DNA of 64,000 bases from Eledone cirrhosa. Lineage: Eukaryota. Position 1 is the first letter of the stretch; each line of letters opens with the position of its first letter. The notes below the pieces were generated by a model. That model made no database searches, was not told the DNA's origin, and saw only the letters and a list, made by a program, of their open reading frames with translations. Positions 51,701-63,925 of the stretch are shown here, one piece after another. The translations under genes and the position numbers were made by a program. The DNA lies in NCBI GenBank assembly GCA_964016885.1, contig OZ024745.1, positions 9,114,001 through 9,178,000 of the forward strand, in the 5' to 3' direction.

Positions 51701-54700
51701 GTTTAACAGTGTAGTTGTTGGGAAGTCCTAGTAGACAGGTTTAACAGTGTAGCTGTTCAGGAGTCCTAGTAGACAGGTTTAACAGTGTAGTTGTTGGGAA
51801 GTCCTAGTTGACAGGTTTAACAGTGTAGTTGTTGGGAAGTCCTAGTAGACAGGTTTAACAGTGTAGCTGTTCAGGAGTCCTAGTAGACAGGTTTAACAGT
51901 GTAGTTGTTGGGAAGTCCTAGTTGACAGGTTTAACAGTGTAGTTGTTGGGAAGTCCTAGTAGACAGGTTTAACAGTGTAGCTGTTGGGAAGTCCTAGTTG
52001 ACAGGTTCAACAGTGTAGTTGTTGGGAAGTCCTAGTAGACAGGTTCAACAGTGTAGTTGTTGGGAAGTCCTAATAGACAGGTTTAACAATGTAGTTGTTG
52101 GGAAGTCCTAGTTGACAGGTTTAACAGTGTAGTTGTTGGGAAGTCCTAGTAGACAGGTTCAACAGTGTAGTTGTTGGGAAGTCCTAGCTGACAGGTTTAA
52201 CAGTGTAGTTGTTGGGAAGTCCTAGTTGACAGGTTTAACAGTGTAGTTGTTGGGAAGTCCTAGTAGACAGGTTTAACAGTGTAGTTGTTGGGAAGTCCTA
52301 GTAGACAGGTTTAACAGTGTAGTTGTTGGAAAGTCCTAGTTGACAGGTTTAACAGTGTAGTTGTTGGGAAGTCCTAGTTGACAGGTTTAACAGTGTAGTT
52401 GTTGGGAAGTCCTAGTAGACAGGTTTAACAGTGTAGTTGTTGGGAAGTCCTAGTAGACAGGTCTAACAGTGTAGTTGTTGGGAAGTCCTAGTAGACAGGT
52501 TTAACAGTGTAGTTGTTGGGGAGTCCTAGTAGACAGGTTTAACAGTGTAGTTGTTGGGAAGTCCTAGTAGACAGGTTCAACAGTGTAGTTGTTGGGAAGT
52601 CTTAGTTGATAGGTTTAACAGTGTAGTTGTTGGGAAGTCCTAGTAGACAGGTTTAACAGTGTAGTTGTTGGGAAGTCCTAGTACACAGGTTTAACAGTGT
52701 AGTTGTTGGGAAGTCCTAGTTGACAGGTTTAACAGTGTAGTTGTTGGGAAGTCCTAGTAGACAGGTTTAACAGTGTAGTTGTTGGGAAGTCCTAGCAGAC
52801 AGGTTTAACAGTGTAGTTCTAACAGTGTAGTTATTGGGAAGTCCTAGTTGACAGGTTTAACAGTGTAGTTGTTGGGAAGTTCTAGTTGATAGGTTTAACA
52901 GTGTAGTTCTAACAGTGTAGTTGTTGGGAAGTCCTAGTAGACAGGTTTAACAGTGTAGTTGTTGGGAAGTCCTAGTAGACAGGTCTAACAGTGTAGTTGT
53001 TGGGAAGTCCTAGTACACAGGTTTAACAGTGTAGTTGTTGGGAAGTCCTAGTTGACAGGTTTAACAGTGTAGTTGTTGGGCAGTCCTAGTAGACAGGTTC
53101 AACAGTGTAGTTGTTCGGAAGTCCTAGTAGACAGGTTTAACAGTGTAGTTGTTGGGAAGTCCTAGTTGACAGGTTTAACAGTGTAGTTTCTAACAGTGTA
53201 GTTGTTGGGAAGTCCTAGTTGACAGGTTTAACAGTGTAGTTCTAACAGTGTAGTTGTTAGGAAGTCCTAGTTCACAGGTTTAACAGTGTAGTTATTGGGA
53301 AGTCCTAGTTGACAGGTTTAACAGTGTAGTTGTTGGGAAGTCCTAGTTGACAGGTTTAACAGTGTAGTTGTTGGGAAGTCCTAGTAGACAGGTTTAACAG
53401 TGTAGTTCTAACAGAGTAGTTGTTGGGAAGTCCTAGTACACAGGTTTAACAGTGTAGTTATTGGGAAGTCCTAGTTGACAGGTTTAACAGTGTAGTTGTT
53501 GGGAAGTCCTAGTAGACAGGTTCAACAGTGTAGTTGTTGGGAAGTCCTAGTAGACAGGTTCAACAGTGTAGTTGTTGGGAAGTCCTAGTAGACAGGTTTA
53601 ACAGTGTAGTTGTTGGGAAGTCCTAGTAGACAGGTTCAACAGTGTAGTTGTTGGGAAGTCCTAGTTGACAGGTTTAACAGTGTAGTTGTTGGGAAGTCCT
53701 AGTAGACAGGTTTAACAGTGTAGTTGTTGGGAAGTCCTAGTAGACAGGTCTAACTGTAGTTGTTGGGAAGTCCTAGTAGACAGGTTTAACAGTGTAGTTG
53801 TTGGGAAGTCCTAGTAGACAGGTCTAACTGTAGTTGTTGGGAAGTCCTAGTAGACAGGTTTAACAGTGTAGTTGTTGGGAAGTCCTAGTTGACAGGTTCA
53901 ACAGTGTAGTTGTTGGGAAGTCCTAGTAGACAGGTTTAACAGTGTAGTTGTTGGGAAGTCCTAGTAGACAGGTCTAACTGTAGTTGTTGGGAAGTCCTAG
54001 TAGACAGGTTTAACAGTGTAGTTGTTGGGAAGTCCTAGTTGACAGGTTTAACAGTGTAGTTGTTGGGAAGTCCTAGTTGACAGATTTAACAGTGTAGTTC
54101 TAACAGTGTAGTTGTTGGGAAGTCCTAGTACACAGGTTTAACAGTGCAGTTATTGGGAAGTCCTAGTTGACAGGTTTAACAGTGTAGTTGTTGGGAAGTC
54201 CTAGTTGACAGGTCTAACTGTGTAGTTGTTGGGAAGTCCTAGTTGACAGGTCTAACTGTGTAGTTGTTGGGAAGTCCTAGTTGACAGGTCTAACTGTGTA
54301 GTTGTTGGGAAGTCCTAGTTGACAGGTCTAACTGTGTAGTTGTTGGGAAGTCCTAGTTGACAGGTCTAACAGTGTAGTTGTTGGGAAGTCCTAGTTGACA
54401 GGTTTAACAGTGTAGTTGTTGGGAAGTCCTAGTTGACAGGTTTAACAGTGTAGTTGTTGGGAAGTCCTAGTAGACAGGTCTAACAGTGTAGTTGTTGGGA
54501 AGTCCTAGTAGACAGGTCTAACAGTGTAGTTGTTGGGAAGTTCTAGTAGACAAGTCTGTGTGTAAAATGTAGTTGGTAGAAAGGAGAAAATATTTACCTG
54601 AGATGATGTATCATTTAAAAGTATACGTTGATCATGGATAGTTCCCCAGTCTTCTAGTGTCAATACCACAGTAATGGTAGCTATTTTATGTTTTCCCCTG

Positions 54701-57700
54701 TAGATGGAAATAGAAGAGCAGAAATGTTAAATAATCTTAACAAAATTCTTTATAAAAAACACTATGTATCATCATCATCATTTTTACATCCACTATTCCA
54801 TGCTGGCATGGGCTGGATAGTATGATTTGAGGCAATATTTTCATGCTTTTGAGGTTGATAAAATAAAGTAGCAGTAAAGTAGTGGGGTCAGTATAACTTC
54901 TCCCACAAATTGCTAGCCCTGTGCTTAAATTAGACGTCATTACTATAACTAAAAGAGAAATCTGTAAAGAATTAAAAAACCTATGTAACAAAAGAATGAA
55001 ACTTACTCATCAACTGATAAAACTGCAAGAGTATCTTTGTGTACTTGTCGCCAACCATTCCCTTGTGATGAACCCTGGAGATAATAAATATAATGATATA
55101 ATTACACTGTCTTGCCTCAAGTGGGAAAACCCCCGTCCAAACCCATGCAAGCGTGGAACACGGACGCTAAACCTGATGATGATGATGATGATGATGTCAT
55201 TTGAAAGGGAGTGAAAGAGTGATCATGATCATCATTTAACACGTTTTCTCTGCTAGCTAGGTTTAGACATCACAGACTAAGTCAGTATTCAGAGCAACTG
55301 ACCTGGCAGATGAGGCAGGGGCCTCTATCTTGCTTACTTATGTTCCTATATTTTACCAGGTGTTAGGCCAAGGTCACATATCTTGCTTACAAAAGGTTAC
55401 CATGCTCTACAAGGGGTATTTTATATTAACACCAGCACTAAAGAGATTATCATGTCTTTAACACAGCTAAAGAGTCCTTCTGACCCTTTGTTTGGCAGAT
55501 TTTCTATAGCTGGATGCCCATTGTGTCACCAACCACTTCACAGGATGTACCAGGTGCATTTTACTGTGGAACCCTCACTAGCACCTGACAGGGTGGACAG
55601 TGTCTTTTATCATGGTACCAATACTACTACCATTACTTTACAGAGTCGGTTGGGTGCTTTTTGTTGTGACACCAGAACTACCACTCATTTTGGCCTCCTT
55701 GGCCAGGCTGGGAAGGCAGTGATGGGAGTGGGGCTGATAAAAATGGGGGGGGGGGGGGCGATGCTTGCCAAGGGAAGGGGTGATGAGGGAGATGGCCTTA
55801 AAGGGAGTGACATCTAGTGGTACATTTGAGAGGAGAAGTGAATGTGTCTTACATGCTGGCATGGTTGGACAAAGAAAGGGGGATCAGGGGTATGAGTAGA
55901 TGGAGGTGAAAGAGTTGGGTGATGGGAGCTGTGAGAGAGATGGTGACATCTGGTAGTTCCTATACTGGCATAGTGTGGGTGGAGAAGAAGGAATAAGGGA
56001 TGTGAGGAAAGACTAGGTATCAGGGAGGTAGATAGTGAGAGAGTGGGCTTAGAAATGGTGTTACACCTCCCTGTCAGCATTTCCTCTTACTTGAGTGGGA
56101 AGGCAAGTCTTCTATAGTACAAAATATCACTAATCAACCCAATCCTGTGTCATCTCCTTCGAGAGGTTCATATTTCATTTTTATAGTCTTTAAGATCAAT
56201 AACATTAAAAAAAAAATCATTCACTTACAACAATCCTAGTTTTCTCAGCAGCGAAAATTTTTGCTAATGGTAAACGACATGTTCCAAGTAATACGTCTTT
56301 CGAAAGATTCCGGTCTCTCTCCCAGACTTCAACGAAAAGTGGCACACTACAAATTGAAATAAATAGGCAATCATCATCATCATCACTACTGTTTAACATC
56401 TATTTTCTATGCTTGAATGAGTTAGATAGGTTAAAATAAAACAGAGGCAATGAAAGAAATATAATATAACTATTGTTAAAAGACTGAAACTTATTACTTC
56501 CACTTAAATATTCTAGAAAGTACATTTAGTATACAAGGGAAAATGGGAAGACCTTTCAGCTGTGTCAAAGACATAACAACTCCCTTAATGCTGGTGTTAT
56601 GATAAAATGCATTTGGTAGAGTTCAGGATCGTGAGATGCAGGCCCCCAGATCATCTAAGGGGTTAATAAGCTCACTTGAGTACTGACTTCATCATCATTT
56701 AATATGTTTTCCCTGCTGGTAAGTGTTAGACATGTCGTCACACTGGCCAAAATTCAAACAGCCTCTGTGATCTAGGTAGACCAGGGACTCGACATATGAT
56801 CCCACATTCTATCATGTGTATTTTATTGTGGCACCAATACTAGGGAAGTTATCATGTCCTTGGCATAGCTGAAGAGTCTTCCCATCACCAACCACTTTAC
56901 AGTAGTGTAATGGGTGATCATTTCTTGTGTGGATCATCAACACTAGAGAGGTTGTCATGTCTATGACACACCTGAAGAGTCTTCCTGGCTCCGTTTGGCA
57001 AGTTTTCTACTGCTAGATCACCAAGCAGAAAACAGATATTAAATGATGATGAACATGTTTCAGCAGACTAATGCCACAGAAGGAACCAATGGATATTTAA
57101 CTTCATGGTTTGATCAATGATCTGGTCATAGTTGATCCATCTTTAACATAGCCATGGATGTCTTAAGATGTAAGAATTAAAGCATTTAGAAGGTGGTGAA
57201 CTGTCAGAGTCATTAGAACAGATAGAATGCTTTACAATTGTTCTGGCTTTCTGAGCTGAGTTCAGATTTGACTTTCATCATTTTAAGATTGATAAATAAA
57301 GTACCAGTCAAGTACTGGGGGCTCAATTCTTCTTCTATATCTCTTTCTCACCTCCTCACTATCACTCTCTCTCTTTCACTGGAAGAAATTGGTTGTATTC
57401 AGAACTAGTGAGGGAATGGACTCCACCGGATTTAAAATACCCCAAAAATGCTGCATGTGATACCCCTATGACTCAGTCAGGAGTCACAGGTCCATACATA
57501 CAAAGCAGGTATCTCTTGGCAGCAGCAACAACAACAATGATAATAATAATTTATTGAATTACTTTGAAGAAAGCTGGTTATTTACCTGAGAAATGTTGCA
57601 TGAAGCTGGTCAGACAAAGAAGCAAAATCAAAGGCACAAAAGGATTGTGGAAGAAGAACTTCTGTCCCTTTAGATATTTTTACTGGTGGATGAGTTAAAA

Positions 57701-60700
57701 TTGGAGCAGCACTCCCAAAGAAAGGATACACATATCTGAAAACAAAAGCTATGGGAGTTAAACTATGCAACACACCAAAAAACTTGGGAAATGAATTAAT
57801 GGTATTTAAGAATATATTTCTGTCTTTGTTTTAAAACAATTATAATACTAAGAGAGAAAGATGTAATTCTAACAATCAAAGGATTGTGATTTTATCCTGA
57901 TTGAGTTCTTATTTGATGTATTCAGAAACATACTTTCATGTCTCACTCTTCCTCATCTTCATTGTCATCATCATTTTACGTCTGCTTCCATATTGGCAAG
58001 GGTTGGGTGGGTTATAACAGTTTGAGACTAGACCAATCAAAGAAGCAGGTCTTGTCTATATCTGGCATGATTTTTCTACAGTTGGATGTCCTCTAATGGT
58101 AACCACTTTACAGAGTGTACATGGGCATTTTATAGTAGCACCAGCACTAGAGAGGCTGTCATATTCTTGGCCAAACTGAAGAATCTCCTCTCTGTCCTAC
58201 ATTGACACCGTTAAATTGTCAACCACATTAGTGTCCAGGGTGTATTTTAGTGTGGCACAAACACTAGAGAGGTTATCAGATAGTCAGCATGTACAGAGGG
58301 TCTCCTCCACTCTATGTTGCCTGTCTTTCTAGAGAGAGGGAGGGACCAAATTACTTCCATTGTATCAAGCCATAAATATTTTGTTTTTTCCTTTTTTAAA
58401 ACAGAAAAATCTGATTAGTGAGAAATTTAACTATTATTTCTAACAAGTTAAATAACCATGTAAAGGGTTTTCCTTTATTGTTTAGATTGCTTTTAGCCCA
58501 GAGCAGCCTTTATAAATGCCATTCCAACCATGACTATCCATTCTTTTTGTATCTCTATAACTACATTGTCCAATTTGGCCTTCCTATTTTAAGGTTAATA
58601 GAAGTGATGTGAGTGAAATATGGTTTCTAATTTTAGCAGAGCAAGTAACTACAAAGAAGTTCTTTCATTGTTCCTTAGGCATGGTGTCGGCTTTCAAAGA
58701 ATTGGACCATAGGAAATTATGCCAAACTTACCGCAAGAAAACCAACTTGATGTTTGTATTGTGAACACCAGCAATACTGGTGAGATCAATTGAGAAGGTA
58801 AAATGATGAATCTGAGCAGGAATAATCACATGACCTTGAGAAGAACTTTCACTGTTAGACTTGCAGTTCTTTTCAGTTGTTGTTGGTTTTGCTGGCACCG
58901 ATGCCGAAACTAATGTTGATGTTGATGATGATGGAGCTATAACAAAATATAAAGATAGATTAAAATAAACATTTCTCTCATTATCAATAACAGACAAACT
59001 TACAGTATATACCCAAACGAGAAGCCAACCCCTTATTTTGACTGAGAAATAGGCAAAAGTCCTAGCCCTATAAACCAAGGCAGCTAATCAACACATTATG
59101 TTTAGATGGTGCAGTTTTGTAATTCTCACGAGTGGAGAATATATTTATGAAGTTTTAATATTTTGGTATTTAAAATGTTTTAGTGTCATTTAGAGTATAG
59201 TCTTTGTTTCAGAACTCCATTACATAATTAGTTTTTACCACTTTCCAACCATAAGTGAAACTGGTGTAATATTCACTGCCAAAATGAAACCAAATATTTT
59301 AGCACCTCGTTCATGTAGAACTTGAAGTTGGTGAAAATTGGCAAAATATTGACTATAAGTCAACCTCCATTTTATCCTTGATGATTTTGTCACATATTTC
59401 TTGGCTTATATACAAGTATATACAGTACATATCTTTGCACATTTAAAACTATACATCATTAAGAGATAATTATCTAGCATATCTTTTGTTGGTTAAGACA
59501 GTCAACAAGCCTCACAAAGTGTTCTTCATATTCTAGTATTACAGAAAAAAAACATTTTTATAACCAGTAAGACCTGGAGAGGAAATAATAGTTTACTTTC
59601 AGAAATATGGCACAAATGAATCCAAAATACCAACTATGTGAAAATGTTACAACTATCAATATAAATACTGCTAAAGAAAGGGTTGGGAAGTTTCTTCAGC
59701 TATGTCAATGACATGACAAAATCCCTAATGCTGGCGTCATAATAAAACACACTCATATGTTGAGCTCTCTGGCCTACCTGGAGATCAGAGGCTCCTCTTA
59801 AGTATCAACCAGTCAGTGATGAAATGTCCAACTCTTGCTAGAAGAGAAAACGGACGGACAGATAGAAGATAACGATGATGAAGTTCATAATTACTCAAGA
59901 TTGAAGTATCTTCTGGATTTGAAATGAAAACCCAGTCTTACTGCTAGGCATATTTTACCTTACATCACTTTGTCACTGATGAAATAAATAGCAGTATTAT
60001 ACAGTTCAATAAACTACACTACTCTCTAACTGATTGACTGAAAATCATACAAGGTTTGCTAGTCACTGTTTTTGTGCAAAAGATGAGATGGTTTCAGACC
60101 TCTTGCTGTGGGAGATCTCATCTACCAATAAGCTCAGATACCAGGATACCATAGCAAGAGACACTGGAATTGACAAGGAAGACTTACAAACCTCGATGGG
60201 AAACAGAGACTGTTGGTGAGAAGTTGTGTTTGCTGTCTCACCTAAGGACAAAGGATAAGATAAGACTCTCTAACCAACCTTGTCAATACAAACATTTTTT
60301 TTAAATGTTACTCACAAGTATTCTTTTTGGAAGAAACTGTTTGTGTATCAAGAACTGGTTTCTTGGCTGTAACATTTGAACTTTTACTCCGTGTTTCTTT
60401 GGCTGAAAAACATCAAATAGATAAGCTTAAGAAATTATATGATAGTAATTTTGGTGAAGTTGTGTGGCTCTAGTATCTAAAATGTTTTCCATAAAATCTC
60501 GCATGAATAAATTGATGCCTGTTGATTATATTATGAAATTATGTGCTTCATCAATTATATTATGAAATTACTTGCTTCATCAATTATATTATGAAATTAT
60601 TTGCTCCATCAATTCTTCCTTAGACATTGTGATGTGTAAAAGACATCTTTTTTAACTGTCACTTCATCAATTCATATTTTTAAATATATATTCTGGTGAG

Positions 60701-62833
60701 GTAAGGGTTCATATCCCGCTTATATATAATAACATACCCAACCAAGTGCATGTTATTATAGCACCAACATTAGGCAGGTTGTCAAGTTTTTGACACAGCT
60801 GAAGAATCCTCCAGAGCCTTTGTTTGGAAAGTTTTCTATTGTTGGAGGCCGATTCTATACCAACCACATTACAAAGTGTTGATCGATCGAAAAGCAAGTG
60901 TCTTGCTCAAGGACATAACACATCACCTGGTCTGGGAATCGAACTCACACCCTCCCAATAGTGAATCCAATTCTCTAACCACTAAGCTCCATGCCTAACA
61001 AAAGTGTACTGAGTGCATTTATCCAATTTTACACTCTAATTGTTGTATGTCATATGGTGCCAACCATAATTATATTAGCATCTTTTCTTAAGTTTATACA
61101 ATATCAAGTATTTGAAATATGCACAAATTTTGTTTGCTTAAATAAATATTTCTATCTAGTCTAACTGAATATTAATTATGATGTTTGTTTATATTCCTAA
61201 TTTACAGAATCCTACAAACCATATAGACATTTAAAAAACAACTAAAAAAAAAATAGGAAATTTTAAGAAATCATTCGTATCTCAGAAGATTATGTAAATT
61301 TTATATTTACTATTTTGAGATTCTTGTAAACTGCTAGTGTCTTGACTGGTTTTATCTTCAAATGTATCAGAATACTGTGGATCTGATTTGGTTTCTGGTG
61401 ATTTCTTTGGAGGTTCTGAAACTGTCTGCTGCTGGTCTATAGCTTCTTTGGGATTTCTCTGGAAATAATTAAATAAAAAATTAATAGAATAATATCTTGT
61501 ATTTGTATTGCAGCTAATTGGCAATCAGATTCAATTATTTGCAATATTCATTCTGGCTCTGTGTGTTCTGAGTTCAAAACCCACTGTGGTCAACTTTGCT
61601 TTTCATTTTTTCAAGGTCAATAAAAAAAATACCAGTCTAGTACTGGGTTGATTTTTTCCTCTATATCTCTTTCACACTTTCTCTCGAAGAAATCAGCTGT
61701 ATTCAGACCTGGTGAGGGAGGGGCACTGCCCGGTTTATAAAATACCTAAGAAACACTGTTATGTCACTATGGCACCCCTAAAGCTCTTTCAGGAGTTACA
61801 AGCCCATACACATATACAAAGACTAGTCGAGTAATAACTAGATGGCACATAGCCTACTATTTAGTCTGTTGTGCTCACAAACATATGGTCATAGGTTCAA
61901 TTCTCTGACCAGGTGGTATGTTGTATCTTTGAACACAGCTAAATAAATGAGTACCAGCAATAGCAGCTGAGGTTTAAACTTGTGATGGACTTGCATTCCA
62001 TCCAGGAAGAATTTTTGTACTCTCAGTCACTTAATGTCATATGAGACCAGAACAAAACCCGACTAGCCTCTAGACTCAGAAAAACTTTAACTCTTTTGAT
62101 ACAAAATCATTTGAAACTACCCTTAGTAATAAAATACAAGACTGTTTATTTCTAAGAGTTTATATTTATCTCAAAACCTGCCTTCATAATTCTATGTAAG
62201 AATATTAGTTAAGTTATGTTCCAGACATAACCCATGCTAGCGTGGAAGAATGGACGTAAAACAGTGATGATGATGATGATACATAAGAAATTCTTGATAA
62301 TTAAAATTATTTGAAAATTATAGGCAGTGTCTTTCATAAGAAATATGAAAATAAAAGGGTTAAAAGTTGAGTGATAATGTCTTACATAGTAATACAATAG
62401 TATGTTTCCTGCCATATTGCAACTTAGGACATTTAAACCAAAAGTCTAATAATTTTACTATTCAGACATTGCTGTTCCTATTTAGGGATTAGTTTTTGAT
62501 TTAGGCACAAGGCCAACAATTTGGGGGAGAGGGCAAGTCAATGAAATTGACCCCAGTGCATTAGTGGTACTTTATTTTATCAACCATTGGCGGGATATGA
62601 ACTCAGAAAGTAAAGTATGTAACTCTATACCACAAAACATGTTGTCTGACGCTCTACCAATACTGCCAATTCACTTATTTAAAGATTGCCAGCAAACATA
62701 ATGAAGAAATAAAACACAATATTTAATAAAAAATATTATTATTATTTACCAACTCTTCTTTCCAGAGTGCAACTGAAATACCAATGACAGGGGGTGATTC
62801 CATGGGTGCTTTTGTTTGATTTGGAGCCGAAAG
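33489..62833 (-). CDS. CEP120: Centrosomal protein of 120 kDa, 3' part (16 coding exons in window, 5' end outside)
   Basis: The spliced translation matches hallmark CEP120 segments: [121 protein letters not shown]. All 15 introns are GT-AG with consistent phases. Confidence 0.95.
34418..34662 (-). CDS. CEP120: CEP120 exon (coiled coil)
   Basis: VELEKKL...[12 protein letters not shown]...IKNELN; 245 nt, phase 0/2. Confidence 0.95.
35541..35790. repeat. Imperfect intronic fold-back (MITE-like), arms about 100 bp
   Basis: GTGCTCAA..GAAATGCTATAAAGATA..AATAGGGTGAAGACCCTTAAAAGA is mirrored at 35707-35769. Confidence 0.8.
36146..36268 (-). CDS. CEP120: CEP120 exon
   Basis: [41 protein letters not shown]; 123 nt, phase 0/0. 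Confidence 0.95.
37258..37486. repeat. 48-bp minisatellite, about 5 units
   Basis: Unit GTGTCTTTCATTAGAAATATGGTAATGAAAGGGTTAATGACATAGACA. Confidence 0.9.
37749..37797 (-). CDS. CEP120: CEP120 small exon
   Basis: (R)[16 protein letters not shown]; 49 nt, phase 2/0, which restores the frame between its neighbours. Confidence 0.85.
38522..38634 (-). CDS. CEP120: CEP120 exon
   Basis: [37 protein letters not shown](R); 113 nt, phase 0/2. Confidence 0.9.
38747..38965. repeat. 20-bp minisatellite, about 11 units
   Basis: Unit ATATATAGTTCTTATATAGA. Confidence 0.95.
41035..41127 (-). CDS. CEP120: CEP120 exon
   Basis: [31 protein letters not shown]; 93 nt, phase 0/0. Confidence 0.9.
41400..45063 (+). 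mobile_element. Near-full-length decayed RTE-clade LINE, intronic and antisense to CEP120
   Basis: APE endonuclease ([41 protein letters not shown]), RT ([32 protein letters not shown] at 43744), [11 protein letters not shown]; multiple stops and frameshifts; (GAT)n tail at 45047-45063. 5' limit approximate. Confidence 0.92.
45103..45192 (-). CDS. CEP120: CEP120 exon
   Basis: [30 protein letters not shown]; 90 nt, phase 0/0; missing from the ORF track. Confidence 0.92.
45458..45652 (+). repeat. Dispersed repeat family (copy 3 of 3)
   Basis: Similar to 7160-7350 and 625-770. Confidence 0.65.
46486..46626 (-). CDS. CEP120: CEP120 exon
   Basis: INSVAQENL...[26 protein letters not shown]; 141 nt, phase 0/0. 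Confidence 0.93.
46914..54552. repeat. Intronic 38-bp minisatellite, about 200 units (7.6 kb)
   Basis: Unit GACAGGTTTAACAGTGTAGTTGTTGGGAAGTCCTAGT(A/T); period measured from 46984 to 47022; no unique spacers. Confidence 0.98.
54598..54697 (-). CDS. CEP120: CEP120 exon (end of C2C)
   Basis: [33 protein letters not shown]; 100 nt, phase 2/0. Confidence 0.9.
55007..55074 (-). CDS. CEP120: CEP120 exon
   Basis: [22 protein letters not shown](E); 68 nt, phase 0/2. Confidence 0.88.
56229..56346 (-). CDS. CEP120: CEP120 exon (C2C)
   Basis: [39 protein letters not shown]; 118 nt, phase 2/0. Confidence 0.93.
57586..57735 (-). CDS. CEP120: CEP120 exon (C2C)
   Basis: [49 protein letters not shown]; 150 nt, phase 2/2. 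Confidence 0.95.
58732..58936 (-). CDS. CEP120: CEP120 exon (linker and start of C2C)
   Basis: PSSSTST...[27 protein letters not shown](R); 205 nt, phase 1/2. Confidence 0.9.
60316..60402 (-). CDS. CEP120: CEP120 exon (low-complexity linker)
   Basis: [28 protein letters not shown]; 87 nt, phase 1/1, cag/gtgag sites. Supported by splice signals and phase rather than homology. Confidence 0.75.
60897..60995 (-). mobile_element. tRNA-derived SINE (family B)
   Basis: Minus strand has A-box GCTTAGTGGTTAGAG, B-box GAGTTCGATTCC, then GTCCTTGAGCAAGACAC; further copies at 39210-39310 and 63160-63255. Confidence 0.7.
61311..61458 (-). CDS. CEP120: CEP120 exon (linker)
   Basis: [26 protein letters not shown]...QESQN; 148 nt, phase 0/1. 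Confidence 0.82.
62087..62363. mobile_element. TTAA-flanked MITE with an inserted RTE tail
   Basis: Ends TTAACTCTTTT ... AAAAGGGTTAA; relatives near 36652, 39340-39394 and 39505. Confidence 0.5.
62750..62833 (-). CDS. CEP120: CEP120 exon (end of C2B), most 5' exon seen
   Basis: [28 protein letters not shown]; 84 nt, phase 0/0. Confidence 0.85.
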
Positions 62834-63772
62834 CTGTAACAAATCAAAGATAAATTACAAACTGCTTCAAATTTGACTTTTTTTTTTTAAATAAATTTTA
62901 AGAGGACATTCTAAAGTTATTTTGTATCCATTTCTCCCTATCACCCCATACCGGGAATGACCAGGGGTGAAAAATTATTTTATATTTGAAGGTCACATAA
63001 TTTATAGACCAAATCGGAAAGATCCCAAACCTCATTCACTTACTGAGTAGGGTGGTACTCATCAAATTGGTCCAAAGAAACAATGCTTCCATTGGTCTTT
63101 CCAATTGCTACTATTATCCACCACTCATAACTCCTGGCAGAAGGAGTGACATGAAATAAAGTGTCTTGCTCAAGGACATGACATATCACTCGGCTTGGGA
63201 ATTTAACTCGCAACCTCATGATTGCGAATCCAACTCTCTAACCACTAAGCCACTCACCTTAACGTAATTTGATAAAACCATAGTTTCCACAAAAGGTTGT
63301 TATATTGTATAAGTGTTTCATACGAGTGTTAGAGCACTGAAAAGTTTGAACCATGGTTAAAAGAAAAGTGTACTTTTTGGAATCCCTATAGTATAGCACA
63401 AGACATGAAATTATATTGACTGATACTTATACATAGGCAAATGCTGAGAATAAAGTCTTCAGTACCCAAATCTTCTATCAACATATCCCATCATCTGACC
63501 ATAGGAAAAAAACTAAATGATTTTTTTTAAATCTCAAAACACACAAATTATTTAATATTGATTAAGAGTTTCATATGTTTATTTGTGTTACTTAGAATTA
63601 AACTTAATGAAAAGAAAGAAGCATGAAATTGCTGTTGTAAAAGACTGTTGAGTGAGGAGAATGGCAAAGTGTCATACCCATTGACTGATGTAGCAATATG
63701 ATAATCAACTGCTACAAGAGCAAAAGAGATATACTTGAGAGAACCAGCTACAGAGGCATCTAATTGTTAGAC

Positions 63773-63925
63773 TAAGTTATGATAGATACAGAACTAATTA
63801 GTAACAGAATTAGTTATGATAGTTACAGAACTAATTTGTAACAGGATTAGTTATGATAGTTACAGAACTAATTAGTAACAGAATTAGTTATGATAGTTAC
63901 AGAACTAATTAGTAACAGAATTAGC
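63773..63925. repeat. 37-bp minisatellite, about 4 units
   Basis: Unit GAACTAATTAGTAACAGAATTAGTTATGATAGTTACA. Confidence 0.9.

Noticed and set aside
46914-54552. CRISPR array or repetitive coding exon
   Set aside because: Units are contiguous with no unique spacers and no cas genes, in a eukaryotic intron. The 38-bp period is not a multiple of 3 and stops occur on both strands.
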